From a plasmid: a stretch of DNA of 48,068 nt. Numbering within the stretch: the first letter of the stretch is position 1; the number at the start of each line of letters is the position of its first letter. The stretch is from sequence record NZ_CP008945.1. One strand, written 5' to 3'. Below, piece by piece: positions 34,482 through 44,100 of this stretch. Position numbers and translations under genes: made by a program. Below the pieces are notes generated by a model. The model did no database searches, was not told the origin of the DNA, and saw nothing but the letters and a program-made list of their open reading frames with translations.

Positions 34482-36449
34482 TTAGTCCTTGCGGTAGTAG
34501 CCGCACTCGTAACCGTCCGCATCCAACGGCAAACCGTCGGCCCAGGCTGGGAGCGTGGACATGAGCTGGCACGCATCGGTGACGGTGAAGCCCGAATCCA
34601 GAGGTTCGTCGATGACGATTTCGTCGTGAACATGCATCACGATCTGATGCCCATCTTGCGCTACTGCGTGCATACCGGTGACGAGAAGGTCACGCGCGAT
34701 CGCCTGAACGATATTCTCGACCAACTTGCCGCCGTAGGTTTCGAGCTGCCCCCAGCGACGTGCAGTGGTGGTTCCGGTGTAGGTGATGGACGTGCCACCC
34801 CAACGATTCTCACCCAGACGCGGCTGCACATACGCTAATCTCCTGCCTGAGGGCAATTCGATGAAGAGAATCCCAGACTCGACACTGAACCGTAGCTTCC
34901 GTAGACGGATTGGTTGACGAGACGTGATGGCGGCGATCGCGGCTTCTTCGACGTCTGCCCAGAGCTGAACGATGTGTGGATTAGCTTGCCGCCATGCATC
35001 CACGACTGGTTTGAGCTCATGCTCAGCTAAGCCCATGGTGAGGGCTCCCATGGCTTTAAGCGCACCAGCTGACCCTTGATAACCACAGCTTAGGGTCGCA
35101 ATTTTCCCTTTCTGCCGTAGCTCGCCGTTGATGCCGTGTTTTTCGACTGGGACGCCAAACATGCGCGACGCGGTCTCGCAGTAGAGGTCTTTGCCCTCAC
35201 GGAAGGCGGCCAGGGTGGTTGTTTCTCCTGCGAGCCAGGCTATGACGCGCGCCTCGATTGCAGAAAAGTCAGCGACGATAAACCTGTGCCCCGGAGAAGG
35301 AATAAAGGCGGTACGAATAAGTTGGCTGAGCGTGTCGGGCACAGACTCGTAGAGCAGCTCCAACGCATCAAGATTACCCGCCCTGACCAGAGTTCGGGCT
35401 TGGTCGAGATCAGGCAGATAGTTCCTGGGCAAGTTCTGTACCTGCACGAGGCGTCCGGCGAAGCGCCCGGTGCGTCCTGCTCCGTAGAACTGGATGAGCC
35501 CACGCGCCCGGCCGTCGCCGCCTGCGACGTTTTGCATCGCCTGGTATTTCTTGACGCTGGATTTCGCTAGATCGCCGCGCAGTTCGAGGACTTCTTTCAC
35601 CTCGCCAGTGGCGGTATCGAGGGCTGCATCGACGTCGGCTTTCGCTAGTGATTCGAGTTCGCAGCCGTGGTTGTGGAGCCATTGTTTGAGCTGGATCGGC
35701 GAGTTCGGATTCTCCAACCCAGTCAATGTCTGTGCCCGAGCGAGTGTGGCGTTGCGGTGGTGTTCGTCCACGGCAACGGCATTATCGACGAGCGTGTGGT
35801 CGAGGAGAATCCCAGCATCATTGATCCGTTGGTCGAGGTCGTAGGTGTCCCACTCGGACTCCGGCATCGGGAACGATGAGAGCCGCTCGTGGATGGCAAG
35901 TTCGACTTCGACGTCACGACGGTTGTAGTCGATAAATCTCGCCCAGCCGGGCGGGTCAGCTGATGGTGGGTTCCTGCGTTTTCCACCGTTGAGCACTGAG
36001 GGTGTGGTGGGAGTGCAGAATTGCTTGATCAACTTGCGGCCGGCGCTGTCCTTTTGAACATTGAGGTTGAGGACAGTGGCCACTGCGTCGAGGCTCATTG
36101 GTAAACCGAGGTAGGCGGACCAGATCATGGTGCAGCGCCACTGAGGCGGATCAAGAAACTCCTCAGTGAGGAGGTCTGGGTGGTGGCGGCGCAGCCACGC
36201 CGAGAGTGCGACTCGCTCGAAGGCGGCGTTATGCGCCCACTTGACCACATCCGGATCCACCAGTGCCGCCAGAGCCTCATCGGGCAGGGCCTCGCCGCTG
36301 GCAAGATCCACCACCTCAACCGGGTCACCGTCAATCGAATATCCGAAGAGAAGCAGGTCAAAGTCTGGGTGGTCGGCATACGGGTAAACACCCGTCTTGG
36401 CGAGCCGAACAGGGCTGAAAGATTCAATATCGCAGAAGAGTGTTCGCAT
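34482..36449 (-). CDS. DNA polymerase I (family A) with an N-terminal 3'-5' exonuclease domain.
   Basis: Exo motif CDIES...; Pol motif C VHDEIVI. RBS GAAAGGAAC before MRTLFCD. Confidence 0.85.
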   Translation of the reverse strand: MRTLFCDIESFSPVRLAKTGVYPYADHPDFDLLLFGYSIDGDPVEVVDLASGEALPDEALAALVDPDVVKWAHNAAFERVALSAWLRRHHPDLLTEEFLDPPQWRCTMIWSAYLGLPMSLDAVATVLNLNVQKDSAGRKLIKQFCTPTTPSVLNGGKRRNPPSADPPGWARFIDYNRRDVEVELAIHERLSSFPMPESEWDTYDLDQRINDAGILLDHTLVDNAVAVDEHHRNATLARAQTLTGLENPNSPIQLKQWLHNHGCELESLAKADVDAALDTATGEVKEVLELRGDLAKSSVKKYQAMQNVAGGDGRARGLIQFYGAGRTGRFAGRLVQVQNLPRNYLPDLDQARTLVRAGNLDALELLYESVPDTLSQLIRTAFIPSPGHRFIVADFSAIEARVIAWLAGETTTLAAFREGKDLYCETASRMFGVPVEKHGINGELRQKGKIATLSCGYQGSAGALKAMGALTMGLAEHELKPVVDAWRQANPHIVQLWADVEEAAIAAITSRQPIRLRKLRFSVESGILFIELPSGRRLAYVQPRLGENRWGGTSITYTGTTTARRWGQLETYGGKLVENIVQAIARDLLVTGMHAVAQDGHQIVMHVHDEIVIDEPLDSGFTVTDACQLMSTLPAWADGLPLDADGYECGYYRKD

Positions 36450-36527
36450 GACGGGGTTCCTTTCACATAGAGGAAAATGTGGAGGGAACCAACAAGATGT
36501 GCTGATTCCCTCCACGTGTGGGGATGG

Positions 36528-37079
36528 TTAGTTCAGGAAGTTGTCATCAGCGGCGAAGGAACCGAAGTCGGTCTCAGCGCTCACGCGGCCACCACCGAGA
36601 CTCTCGCCGTCACGGGTCTTTTGAATGTTGCCGAGTCCGCACGCCACACCCTTGTTCCCGTTCCTGTTGAAGCTGTAGAAGGACAGGGATACTCGTGCGT
36701 AGCAGCCCGAGTAGACCTCGCCGCGGTCAAGAATCGGCGCGACGCTCTGATCGACGATCTGCGGAGCTGTCAGAGAGTTTGCGTTGAGGAAGTAGGCGCC
36801 CTTGTAGGCTTCATCGTCACGCTCAATATCCCCATCACGCAACGGAAGCTTCAAGGCAGCCTTGTTCGGGCGCTTCCCACCAAACTTGGCAATACCGGCC
36901 TCGATGGCCGCGTCCACGGCCTTCTCAATGGCTGCGATGGTGGATGTGTCGGACTTCGGGATGATCAGGGAGACGGAGTACTTGGGTTTTCCGCCTTGGA
37001 TGGAGTTCGGCTCCCAAATATGGGCATAACTGAGGCGTACTTCGCCGGTGACGATACGGGTCGGATTAGTCGTTGTCAT
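36528..37079 (-). CDS. DUF2815-family phage protein (predicted ssDNA-binding).
   Basis: RLSYAHIWEP N-terminal signature. Conserved trio with a DUF2800 nuclease and a family-A polymerase. Confidence 0.5.
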   Translation of the reverse strand: MTTTNPTRIVTGEVRLSYAHIWEPNSIQGGKPKYSVSLIIPKSDTSTIAAIEKAVDAAIEAGIAKFGGKRPNKAALKLPLRDGDIERDDEAYKGAYFLNANSLTAPQIVDQSVAPILDRGEVYSGCYARVSLSFYSFNRNGNKGVACGLGNIQKTRDGESLGGGRVSAETDFGSFAADDNFLN

Positions 37080-37102
37080 AATCTTGTTCTTCTTTCTGTT
37101 CG

Positions 37103-38242
37103 TTACTTGTTTGGTTGGAAATCGGTGGCCGCACTCACCAGGTCAAGCGGCGGCCGTTTGTCGGATGCAGGCACCAGGGTTGGTTTTCCTGCAGGTTTGG
37201 TTACGAGGTCACCGAGGACCTCGTTGAAGGTAGGTTTGCCCATGAGCTTTTCCATGGCTGTGAGGGTGATGAGCTTTCGGTCCCAGATGTCCCTATAGCC
37301 AGCCGCTTCCGCCGCTGCAGCCACCTCTTTCTCAGAGGTGTATTTGCGTATCGACCGTCCGGCGACGAGCTTGAACCCCTCAAAGACCACTCCCTGGTTG
37401 ACGGCCTTGGAAAGGGCGTAGGCTTCCACGTCGGATGCCCAGGACTTCAGATCCGGAATCTTCGCTAGTACGTCAGCGATCTCTGCATCACTCAGTTCTG
37501 CTGGTGGGGCGAACTCCAACTTGGCAAGTTGAAGATTGGCTTCGGCTCGTGCTCGACACGTTGGCGCGATACGACAGAACTGACACCACGAGCCTGGACA
37601 AAACTCACCCTCACCTACGGCTGCGAGCTCGGCTTTCGGTTTCACCTTGGCCTCAGCCCAGGCTTCAAGTTCTGCGACGGTGATGCTCCAGGTGTTGACG
37701 TTGGATCGGCGTGGCTGGAAGATCGTCACCTCCACCGTCTCGATGTCATACAGGCTCCCGAACGCATGGAGCGCTCCGAGGACGTAAAGCATGAGTTGCG
37801 GGTTCTGCTCGGCTTCAACCAACACACCTTGCCCGTACTTCAGATCAATGATCTGGAGTGTGGGTTCAGCGATGATAACGGCGTCGCCGGTGCCGAACCC
37901 GCCCGGCACAATGTGGGAGAAGTCGAGACGCTGCTCGATCAGCACCTGCGGATCACCACAGGCCTCCCGAGCCAGCGAGACGTGCTCCTGGATGAAGGCG
38001 ACGTAATCATCGGTGTAGTGCTCCATCTCGGTATCGATCCAGTCGGATTCCGGCTTGAACGCGGGTGCCTGGTGGAGGGCGCACCGCAGTTTCCACTCTG
38101 CGAGGGCGTGTGCGACGGTGCCCTGCTCGGCAGCCGATGACGAAGAATCCGGCTCGCGGGACTCCAGGACGGCGCTGGGCGGGCAGTTCAACCACCGGTG
38201 CGCACCCGACGCCGACAACAACGCGTGATCACTCGGAGCCAT
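37103..38242 (-). CDS. DUF2800 / Cas4-RecB-like PD-(D/E)XK exonuclease with a C-terminal Cys cluster.
   Basis: LSASGAHRWLNCP N-terminus. D..K nuclease motifs. CPGSWCQFCRIAPTC Fe-S-like cluster. Confidence 0.65.
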   Translation of the reverse strand: MAPSDHALLSASGAHRWLNCPPSAVLESREPDSSSSAAEQGTVAHALAEWKLRCALHQAPAFKPESDWIDTEMEHYTDDYVAFIQEHVSLAREACGDPQVLIEQRLDFSHIVPGGFGTGDAVIIAEPTLQIIDLKYGQGVLVEAEQNPQLMLYVLGALHAFGSLYDIETVEVTIFQPRRSNVNTWSITVAELEAWAEAKVKPKAELAAVGEGEFCPGSWCQFCRIAPTCRARAEANLQLAKLEFAPPAELSDAEIADVLAKIPDLKSWASDVEAYALSKAVNQGVVFEGFKLVAGRSIRKYTSEKEVAAAAEAAGYRDIWDRKLITLTAMEKLMGKPTFNEVLGDLVTKPAGKPTLVPASDKRPPLDLVSAATDFQPNK

Positions 38243-38636
38243 CAGCTAACCCCTGTGCCTTGGCGAGCAGCCATGAGTATTTGGCCGGGTCGACCGCCGA
38301 GAGCTTGTCTGCGCCGGTGGCGACGATCAGTTCCCGTACCTGCTCGGTCATGCCCTGACTGGAGAGCCCGGCGAGGACGCCACGCACCTGCACCAACGAC
38401 ACAGGCTCAGGTGCCGGTTCGGGTGCCTGCTGGTGGGTGGTCCTGTACTCAGCAGCCGCTTCTTCCAGCGCAGGTTGTGCCAGTTGGGCGGCGGCGATCG
38501 GACGCGCACCGGGCATCCCGGCATGATCCTCGAACCCTTCCCACGCGGTCTCCTCAATCGCGGCCGCAAGCATCGTCACGCCTTCGGCGATCCGGTTCAA
38601 CGCTGCGATGTGCTTGTTCGCATCGGTGACGTTCAC
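38229..38636 (-). CDS. Hypothetical phage protein.
   Basis: ORF in an operon with overlapping stop and start codons. Confidence 0.45.
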   Translation of the reverse strand: MNVTDANKHIAALNRIAEGVTMLAAAIEETAWEGFEDHAGMPGARPIAAAQLAQPALEEAAAEYRTTHQQAPEPAPEPVSLVQVRGVLAGLSSQGMTEQVRELIVATGADKLSAVDPAKYSWLLAKAQGLADGSE

Positions 38637-38887
38637 GCCGCATCACCACCCTCACGGGTGACACCTGCCGCGTCGGCCAGCGCCATCAGGTCGTCGTCGG
38701 TTTCGGCGATGTCGATCTGCTTGACCGAGTTGCCGGGCACGACGATGGTGACGCGCTGCTTGCGACCCAGGAGCTTGCGCATGATGCGTCCGCGCAGGGT
38801 GACTGTGCGGGTGCCGACGATCCCCGGATCATCGGGGATGTGCTTGGCGATATGGAGCTTGAGCCGATGCTGGGTCATCTCCTTCAC
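38633..38887 (-). CDS. Hypothetical phage protein (84 aa).
   Basis: ORF. An X-motif lies immediately upstream. Confidence 0.45.
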   Translation of the reverse strand: MKEMTQHRLKLHIAKHIPDDPGIVGTRTVTLRGRIMRKLLGRKQRVTIVVPGNSVKQIDIAETDDDLMALADAAGVTREGGDAA

Positions 38888-39663
38888 CTGCCTTCCTTAC
38901 TGGTGGGAGTGGCCCGGGTGGCTGCTCCCTTCACCCCACTGCCGACACCATCGGAAGTGTTAAATCGCGTCGCCTCCACCGCTGCGCGAAGGACCGCAGC
39001 TGCTTCCTTGAACAGTTGTGAGACCCGGGCTCGCGACAGGCCCAGGGCGCGGGCAACATCAGACTGCTTCATGTCCGCGCCGACGAGCATCAGCTCCATC
39101 ACTTGTTTGTGCTTGCCCTCCAGGCCAGCGATCGCCTCCCGCAGCGCTTGGAATTCGCGGGCCTTCCGAGCGGTGTCTTCAGCGGCGATCAGCTGGTCTT
39201 CGGGCGACGCGGTGATATCCTCGACAACCGCAGATGGATCGTCGGACTTGTCAACAACGAATTCCGGTTCACGGTCGATCTCCATGAACCAGTCGAGCGA
39301 CCACGGCGCGTTTTTCGGCACCCGGCAGCCACGGCGCGGGCCGCACCCGGCACCGCAGCTGCACTTGCGAGCGCCGGGGCCACGATCACCCCGGTAGGCC
39401 TCGTGGAAGACGGCCTCTTCCTGCCTGGCCATGTCATCGAGAATCTGCTGCGGATGCCTCGGCTTGATCTCATCGACCGGACGGCCTGTCTGTTGGGCGC
39501 GTTCACGCCGGTCGGTTTTCACCATCACGGCAAACTCGCCGGGGTCGATCTCGTAGACGTCGGTGATGGATTCGTGCTTGTTGTTGTCGGCTTCGTGCTT
39601 AAAGCGGATTGTGAGCGCAGCGTTGTTGTTCTGCGTTTCCTGCGCGTCCGTACGCTTGGACAT
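38884..39663 (-). CDS. DNA-binding protein with a Cys cluster and a C-terminal sigma-70 region-4-like HTH. Probable start MSKRTDAQ at 39663.
   Basis: CSCGAGCGPRRGC cluster. C-terminal ELMLVGADMKQSDVARALGLSRARVSQL HTH. Confidence 0.5.
   Translation of the reverse strand: MSKRTDAQETQNNNAALTIRFKHEADNNKHESITDVYEIDPGEFAVMVKTDRRERAQQTGRPVDEIKPRHPQQILDDMARQEEAVFHEAYRGDRGPGARKCSCGAGCGPRRGCRVPKNAPWSLDWFMEIDREPEFVVDKSDDPSAVVEDITASPEDQLIAAEDTARKAREFQALREAIAGLEGKHKQVMELMLVGADMKQSDVARALGLSRARVSQLFKEAAAVLRAAVEATRFNTSDGVGSGVKGAATRATPTSKEGR
38928..38969 (-). promoter_or_regulatory. X-motif copy 3, embedded in the 3' end of the upstream gene.
   Basis: CCTTCACCCCACTGCCGACACCATCGGAAGTGTTAAATCGCG. Confidence 0.45.
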
Positions 39664-39708
39664 TGGGGATCTCCTGTCGGATTGGGATCCGCAGGAGTCC
39701 GCCACGCC

Positions 39709-39788
39709 GCAGAAACGGCAAGACGGGCAGGTTCACGCGCCTCAAAGTCGAGGTGATGCGTGATCCTTGCCCGTCTAGCGGTTCTGCG
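39709..39788 (-). repeat. Imperfect ~22-bp inverted repeat (GCAGAAACGGCAAGACGGGCAGG ... CCTTGCCCGTCTAGCGGTTCTGC) with a ~34-nt spacer, located in the leader of the early operon.
   Basis: Read from the sequence. No U-tract follows, so it is not a classic terminator. Confidence 0.35.
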
Positions 39789-39830
39789 GATCGAACTGTT
39801 TATGTCGGTATTTAGTTGTGGTTCGGTGGG

Positions 39831-40001
39831 TTATCGATAGTGCGGTTCAGGTGGGGGTCGTCGTTCGTGACGCTGGTGAAAGCCCCCGTAGTCGTCGAAC
39901 CAGAGCCGGGAGAGGCATCCCTTATGGACGATCTCGATCTGCCTACGCTCTAGGTCGACACGGCAAATCGTTTTGCCTCCCGCGTTCTTTACTGTTTCCA
40001 T
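39831..40001 (-). CDS. Small protein (56 aa, METVKNAGGKTICRVDLERRQIEIVHKG...), the first gene downstream of the immunity module. It is below the ORF-track size cutoff.
   Basis: RBS GGAGGTG with 7-nt spacing to the ATG. The frame is open to a TAA. An operator-like palindrome lies immediately upstream. Confidence 0.4.
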   Translation of the reverse strand: METVKNAGGKTICRVDLERRQIEIVHKGCLSRLWFDDYGGFHQRHERRPPPEPHYR

Positions 40002-40018
40002 AACACCTCCTATTCACT

Positions 40019-40037
40019 AGTTAGCTAAGTTGCTTAC
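40019..40037. promoter_or_regulatory. Operator site 1: palindrome GTAAGCAACTTAGCTAAC. Read on the same strand it is nearly identical to site 2.
   Basis: 18-bp GTTAGC-N6-GCTAAC-type dyad between the immA stop and the next gene's RBS. Confidence 0.5.
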
Positions 40038-40078
40038 AACATGGGTAAAAAAAGAGAACCCGACTCGTAGTGAATGAA

Positions 40079-40753
40079 TTACGCGGCGAGCTTCAGGTTC
40101 TTGATGCGGATTGCGGCAGCCTGCTTAGAAACCTCGAAAGTCCCAGCGAGTTCCCGGACGACACGGCGCTTGCGTCGCTCATCCAATGATCGCCAGCCTT
40201 CGGGGGCAAGCTCGGTGAATGCCTGCGAGAACGGGTCACGGGGCATGAGTAGCGCCGCCCCGAGGTAGTTGGCTTGGAACTCGGCGCGGTCCACCTTGTT
40301 GTCGGCGCGAACGCCCTCCGAGGTAGTAGTGAACGGGCGATACCCTGTTCCTCCCTTGCACTTCATCCGAGGGTCTCGGTAGTAGATATGCCGATGCAGG
40401 AGGAGGTGAGCGCACTCGTGAGCAATCGTGAAACGCAGTCGACTGTCCGGGGAGTCACGCAAGGCATCGTCGTCGATAACGATTGTTCGTTCTGGAAAAA
40501 CGATGTCAACCCTTGCGCCGGTAGACTCGAAGACAGGGATGGACAGCTCCTGGAAGATCGACATTCCAAGCACGCTGCCGTCCGACGAAAGCCGCTGATA
40601 GTCCAGTGCCGCTCCCAGGTGAAACTCGGCGAAGCTGTCGACGTCGAGCGGGATAGGCGCTACCAGTTGAGCGCCACCGGCGAATTTCTCGAGCTCCTTC
40701 TCTGCGCGAGCCTCGAGTCGCTCCTTGCTGAGGTATTTGGGGTCAAGGCTCAC
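40079..40753 (-). CDS. ImmA/IrrE-family metallopeptidase (anti-repressor protease).
   Basis: HEXXH motif FTIAHECAHLLLH. Gene pairing with the upstream XRE repressor. Confidence 0.8.
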   Translation of the reverse strand: MSLDPKYLSKERLEARAEKELEKFAGGAQLVAPIPLDVDSFAEFHLGAALDYQRLSSDGSVLGMSIFQELSIPVFESTGARVDIVFPERTIVIDDDALRDSPDSRLRFTIAHECAHLLLHRHIYYRDPRMKCKGGTGYRPFTTTSEGVRADNKVDRAEFQANYLGAALLMPRDPFSQAFTELAPEGWRSLDERRKRRVVRELAGTFEVSKQAAAIRIKNLKLAA

Positions 40754-41127
40754 TGGTCAGCTTCCCCGCCTTCAATGATGTCGATGATGTCCCGCCACTG
40801 CTGGTCACTCAGGTCATGTTCTTTCGCCCGGCGAAGAGCGACGCGAGCCATGTCGGTTTGCATAATGTAGCCCGACAGGTCGGTAGACACCTGGTTCTCG
40901 CGAGTCAATGCTGCCAGGTCATACATCCGCTCCCTCTCGGAGCGGGAGAGTCGCAACGTCTCCGCGATGTCCCCCAGCTTGCCGTCCGGGGCAGCCCGGC
41001 GGCCTTTCTCGATGTCACTCAGGTAGGGAGCGGTCACACCGATGGCGTCCGCGAACTTGCGCATGGTTAAGCCTTGCGCCTTCCTATGTGCTTCCAGGAA
41101 GGCACCGAAGTTCTCTGATTCAGTCAT
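40750..41127 (-). CDS. XRE-family HTH repressor (ImmR/CI-like). Probable start MTESENF at 41127.
   Basis: HTH QGLTMRKFADAIGVTAPYLSDIEKGRR. RBS GAGGAGG. Confidence 0.8.
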   Translation of the reverse strand: MTESENFGAFLEAHRKAQGLTMRKFADAIGVTAPYLSDIEKGRRAAPDGKLGDIAETLRLSRSERERMYDLAALTRENQVSTDLSGYIMQTDMARVALRRAKEHDLSDQQWRDIIDIIEGGEADQ

Positions 41128-41148
41128 TGGAACAGCCTCCTCACGTCT

Positions 41149-41166
41149 GTTAGCAACTAAGCTAAC
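41149..41166. promoter_or_regulatory. Operator site 2: perfect dyad GTTAGCAACTAAGCTAAC, 22 bp upstream of the repressor start. Probable autoregulation site.
   Basis: Perfect 6-bp half-sites with an N6 spacer. Confidence 0.55.
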
Positions 41167-41196
41167 ACGTGAAGTAGGTTGGTGCAAGTCTACGGA

Positions 41197-44100
41197 TCAG
41201 GAGTCGTCTCGTTGGCTATCCTCGTGCCGGGGTCGGTTGAGGCGGTCGTGGATGAGCGGGAGCAGGATCGCGTCCACGTCGGCTCGGAAGGCTTTGTCCG
41301 ACAGGTACTTCATGGAGAAGTCGTGATTTTGGGTCATCCGCGCCAGCATGACGTCGGGCATCTTCTCGTCGTAGATGATCTTGAACAGGTCGAGCGGGTT
41401 ATGGGCACGCAGCTGGATCTCGTTGTCTTGGGCGAGGTCGTCGGCGACCTGTTCGAGCACTTTGTCCATGTTGGTGAACTCGGTGCCCCATCGTTCGTTG
41501 AGGGAGTCGAGGATCTTTGAGAGTCGCTCGCGGTCGTCTTCGGTGGGCATGCTCAGCTTGGGCGAGTTGTTCAACTCACCCACCTGGTCTTGTAGGTCGA
41601 TGGAGCCCTCGTAGACCGACTGGAGCCGGTAGTACTGCAAGGTGACCTCATCATCCAGGTGTGGGGCGGGGTCGCCGTCGATGTGGAGCTTGCGGGTCAG
41701 CAGTTTCGCGTATGCGGCGAACTTGTGCAGCTGCTCGTCGTCGAAGCGGATGATGTGGGTCAAGAACTCGTAGTTGCGGTTGAACTTGTTGAACGCCGAG
41801 CGCACCTCGACTTTTTCCTCGTCGTCAAGGGCGTCGAAGCGGCCGACCGCCGGGTCGAGATAGGCGTTGAGCCTGCCAAAGTCGAGGTTGGTCTGCTGCT
41901 TCTGCTCTCTGAAGAACACGGTCGCGAACCCGTCGATCTCCTCGACCTGCCACAGCTGGTAGGAGGCGATCAGGTGGTAGAGGTCGTAGACGATGTTCGG
42001 GTCGGTTTCCTCGCTGATCGAGGTCGACACGTAGTAGTCCTGGAACGCCGCCTGAATGTCGTCAGCGCTGTTGACGAAGTCCAACACGAACGTGTCTGAC
42101 TTGCCCGGGCACATCCGGTTGATCCGTGACAGAGTCTGCACGGCCTTGACCCCGTGGAGCTTCTTGTCCACATACATGGTCTGCAGCAGGGGCTGGTCGA
42201 ACCCGGTCTGGTATTTCTCGGCCACCAGCAGAATCTGGTACTCACCGGTGTCGAACCGGTCTGGCAGCTCGGCTTCGGGGAAGCCGTTGAGTTGTTCCTC
42301 GGTGTAGTCATGCCCGTCGTCTTCGACGGTGCCGGAGAACGCCACCAGCACACCCAGGTCGGTGTAGCCCTTGGCTTTGATGTAGTTGGCGAACGCGAAG
42401 TAGTAGCGTACCGCGTGCAACCGGGAGCCGGTCACCAGCATTGCCTTGGCTTTGCCGCCGATCTTGTGCGCCACGTTGCTGCGGAAGTGCTCGATGATGA
42501 TCTCGGCCTTCTGCCGCAGATTGTGCGGATGCAGGGCTAAGTACTTGCCCAGCGCCTTGTTGGCCTGCTTCTTGGCGTACTCCGGATCGTCAGCGGTGGC
42601 CTTACCAACCTTGTAGTACGTCTGGTAGGTGATGTAGTTCGCCAGCACGTCGAGGATAAACCCCTCCTCGATCGCCTGCTTCATCGAATACACATGGAAC
42701 GGGCGCGGCGCGCCACCAGGCGTCGGAGTGCCGAAAATCTCCAGAGTCTTCTGCTTCGGGGTGGCCGTGAACGCGAAGAACGACAGATTCGGCTGACAAC
42801 CGTGGGTAGCCATGTCGGCGGCGATCTGCTCGTCAACCTCCAACTGTTCGGTCTCCACCTGAGCCTCAGCCTTCGCATACCGATCCAGCAACTCGGCCTC
42901 AGACTCCTGACCCGCTTGGGCAGTGTCAGCCAGCACCTGCTTGAGCCGCTCAGATGCCTGCCCGGTCTGCGACGAGTGCGCCTCATCCACAATCACCGCG
43001 AACCGCTTCCCGACCGTCACAATGTTGGACACGTCAACGAACGGAAACTTCTGCAACGTCGAAATGATGATCCGAGCACCCCGACCCAGCGCATCAGTGA
43101 GCTGACGGGCGTTCTTGTCCACCTTCACCACCACACCGGCGGTGTGATCCATCGAAAACACCGTGTCCTGGAGTTGCTTGTCCAACACCCTCCGGTCAGT
43201 GATCACAATGATCGAATCAAACACCACCCGCTGCTCGTCATCATGCAGGTTTGACAGGTGGTGAGCCAGCCACGCGATCGTGTTCGACTTGCCCGAGCCC
43301 GCCGAATGCTGCACCAAATAGTTATGACCAGCGCCGTTCGCCTTCGCGTCCGCGATGAGTTTACGCACCGCATCGAGCTGGTGGAAGCGCGGAAAGATCA
43401 CCTTGTCTTTCGACTTCGCCGAACGCCCCTCGGGAGTCTTGCCGGGCACGAACTGCACAAACCGGTGCAAAATATCAAGCAGTGAATCCTTCGCCAGCAC
43501 CTGCTCCCACAAATACGAGGTCTTGAACTTCCCCTCCACCGGAGGATTACCAGCACCATTCTGGAAACCTCTGTTGAACGGCAGGAACACCGTATCTTGA
43601 CCGGCCAGCTTCGTCGTCATCCACACCTCATCGGTGTCAACCGCGAAATGCACCACCGCACGCCGATTCAACCCAAACAACGGCTCCGAGGCCGGGCGAT
43701 CCCGCTTGTACTGGGCGATCGCGTTCCGGTAGGTCTGCCCCGTCAGCGGGTTCTTCAACTCGAGCGTCGCCACCGGGATGCCGTTCACCAACAGCACCGT
43801 GTCAACCGAGTTCTCACTGCGCGTTGAATACCGCAGCTGGCGCACGATGCTCATCTCGTTCGCCCAATACTTCTCAGCAAGCACCTCGTTCAAGTCAGTG
43901 CCGGGAGCAAAATACACCAGCTTGAACCGAGCACCCACATCCTCAACGCCACGGCGCAACACATCGATCACACCACGCTGATCAAGCTGCGCAGCGACAC
44001 GCTTCAGAAACTTCTGCTCCGCGTTACCCCGGTAACTGCGCTCCAACTTCGCCCACTGATCAGGCTGAGTAACCTTCACAAACCGGATCAGATCCGCAGG

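Noticed and set aside
40040-40078. Possible terminator after immA (GC-rich segment followed by TTTTTTT on the minus strand).
   Set aside because: No convincing stem could be drawn, so it is not reported as a feature. If real, it would insulate the early operon from repressor read-through.
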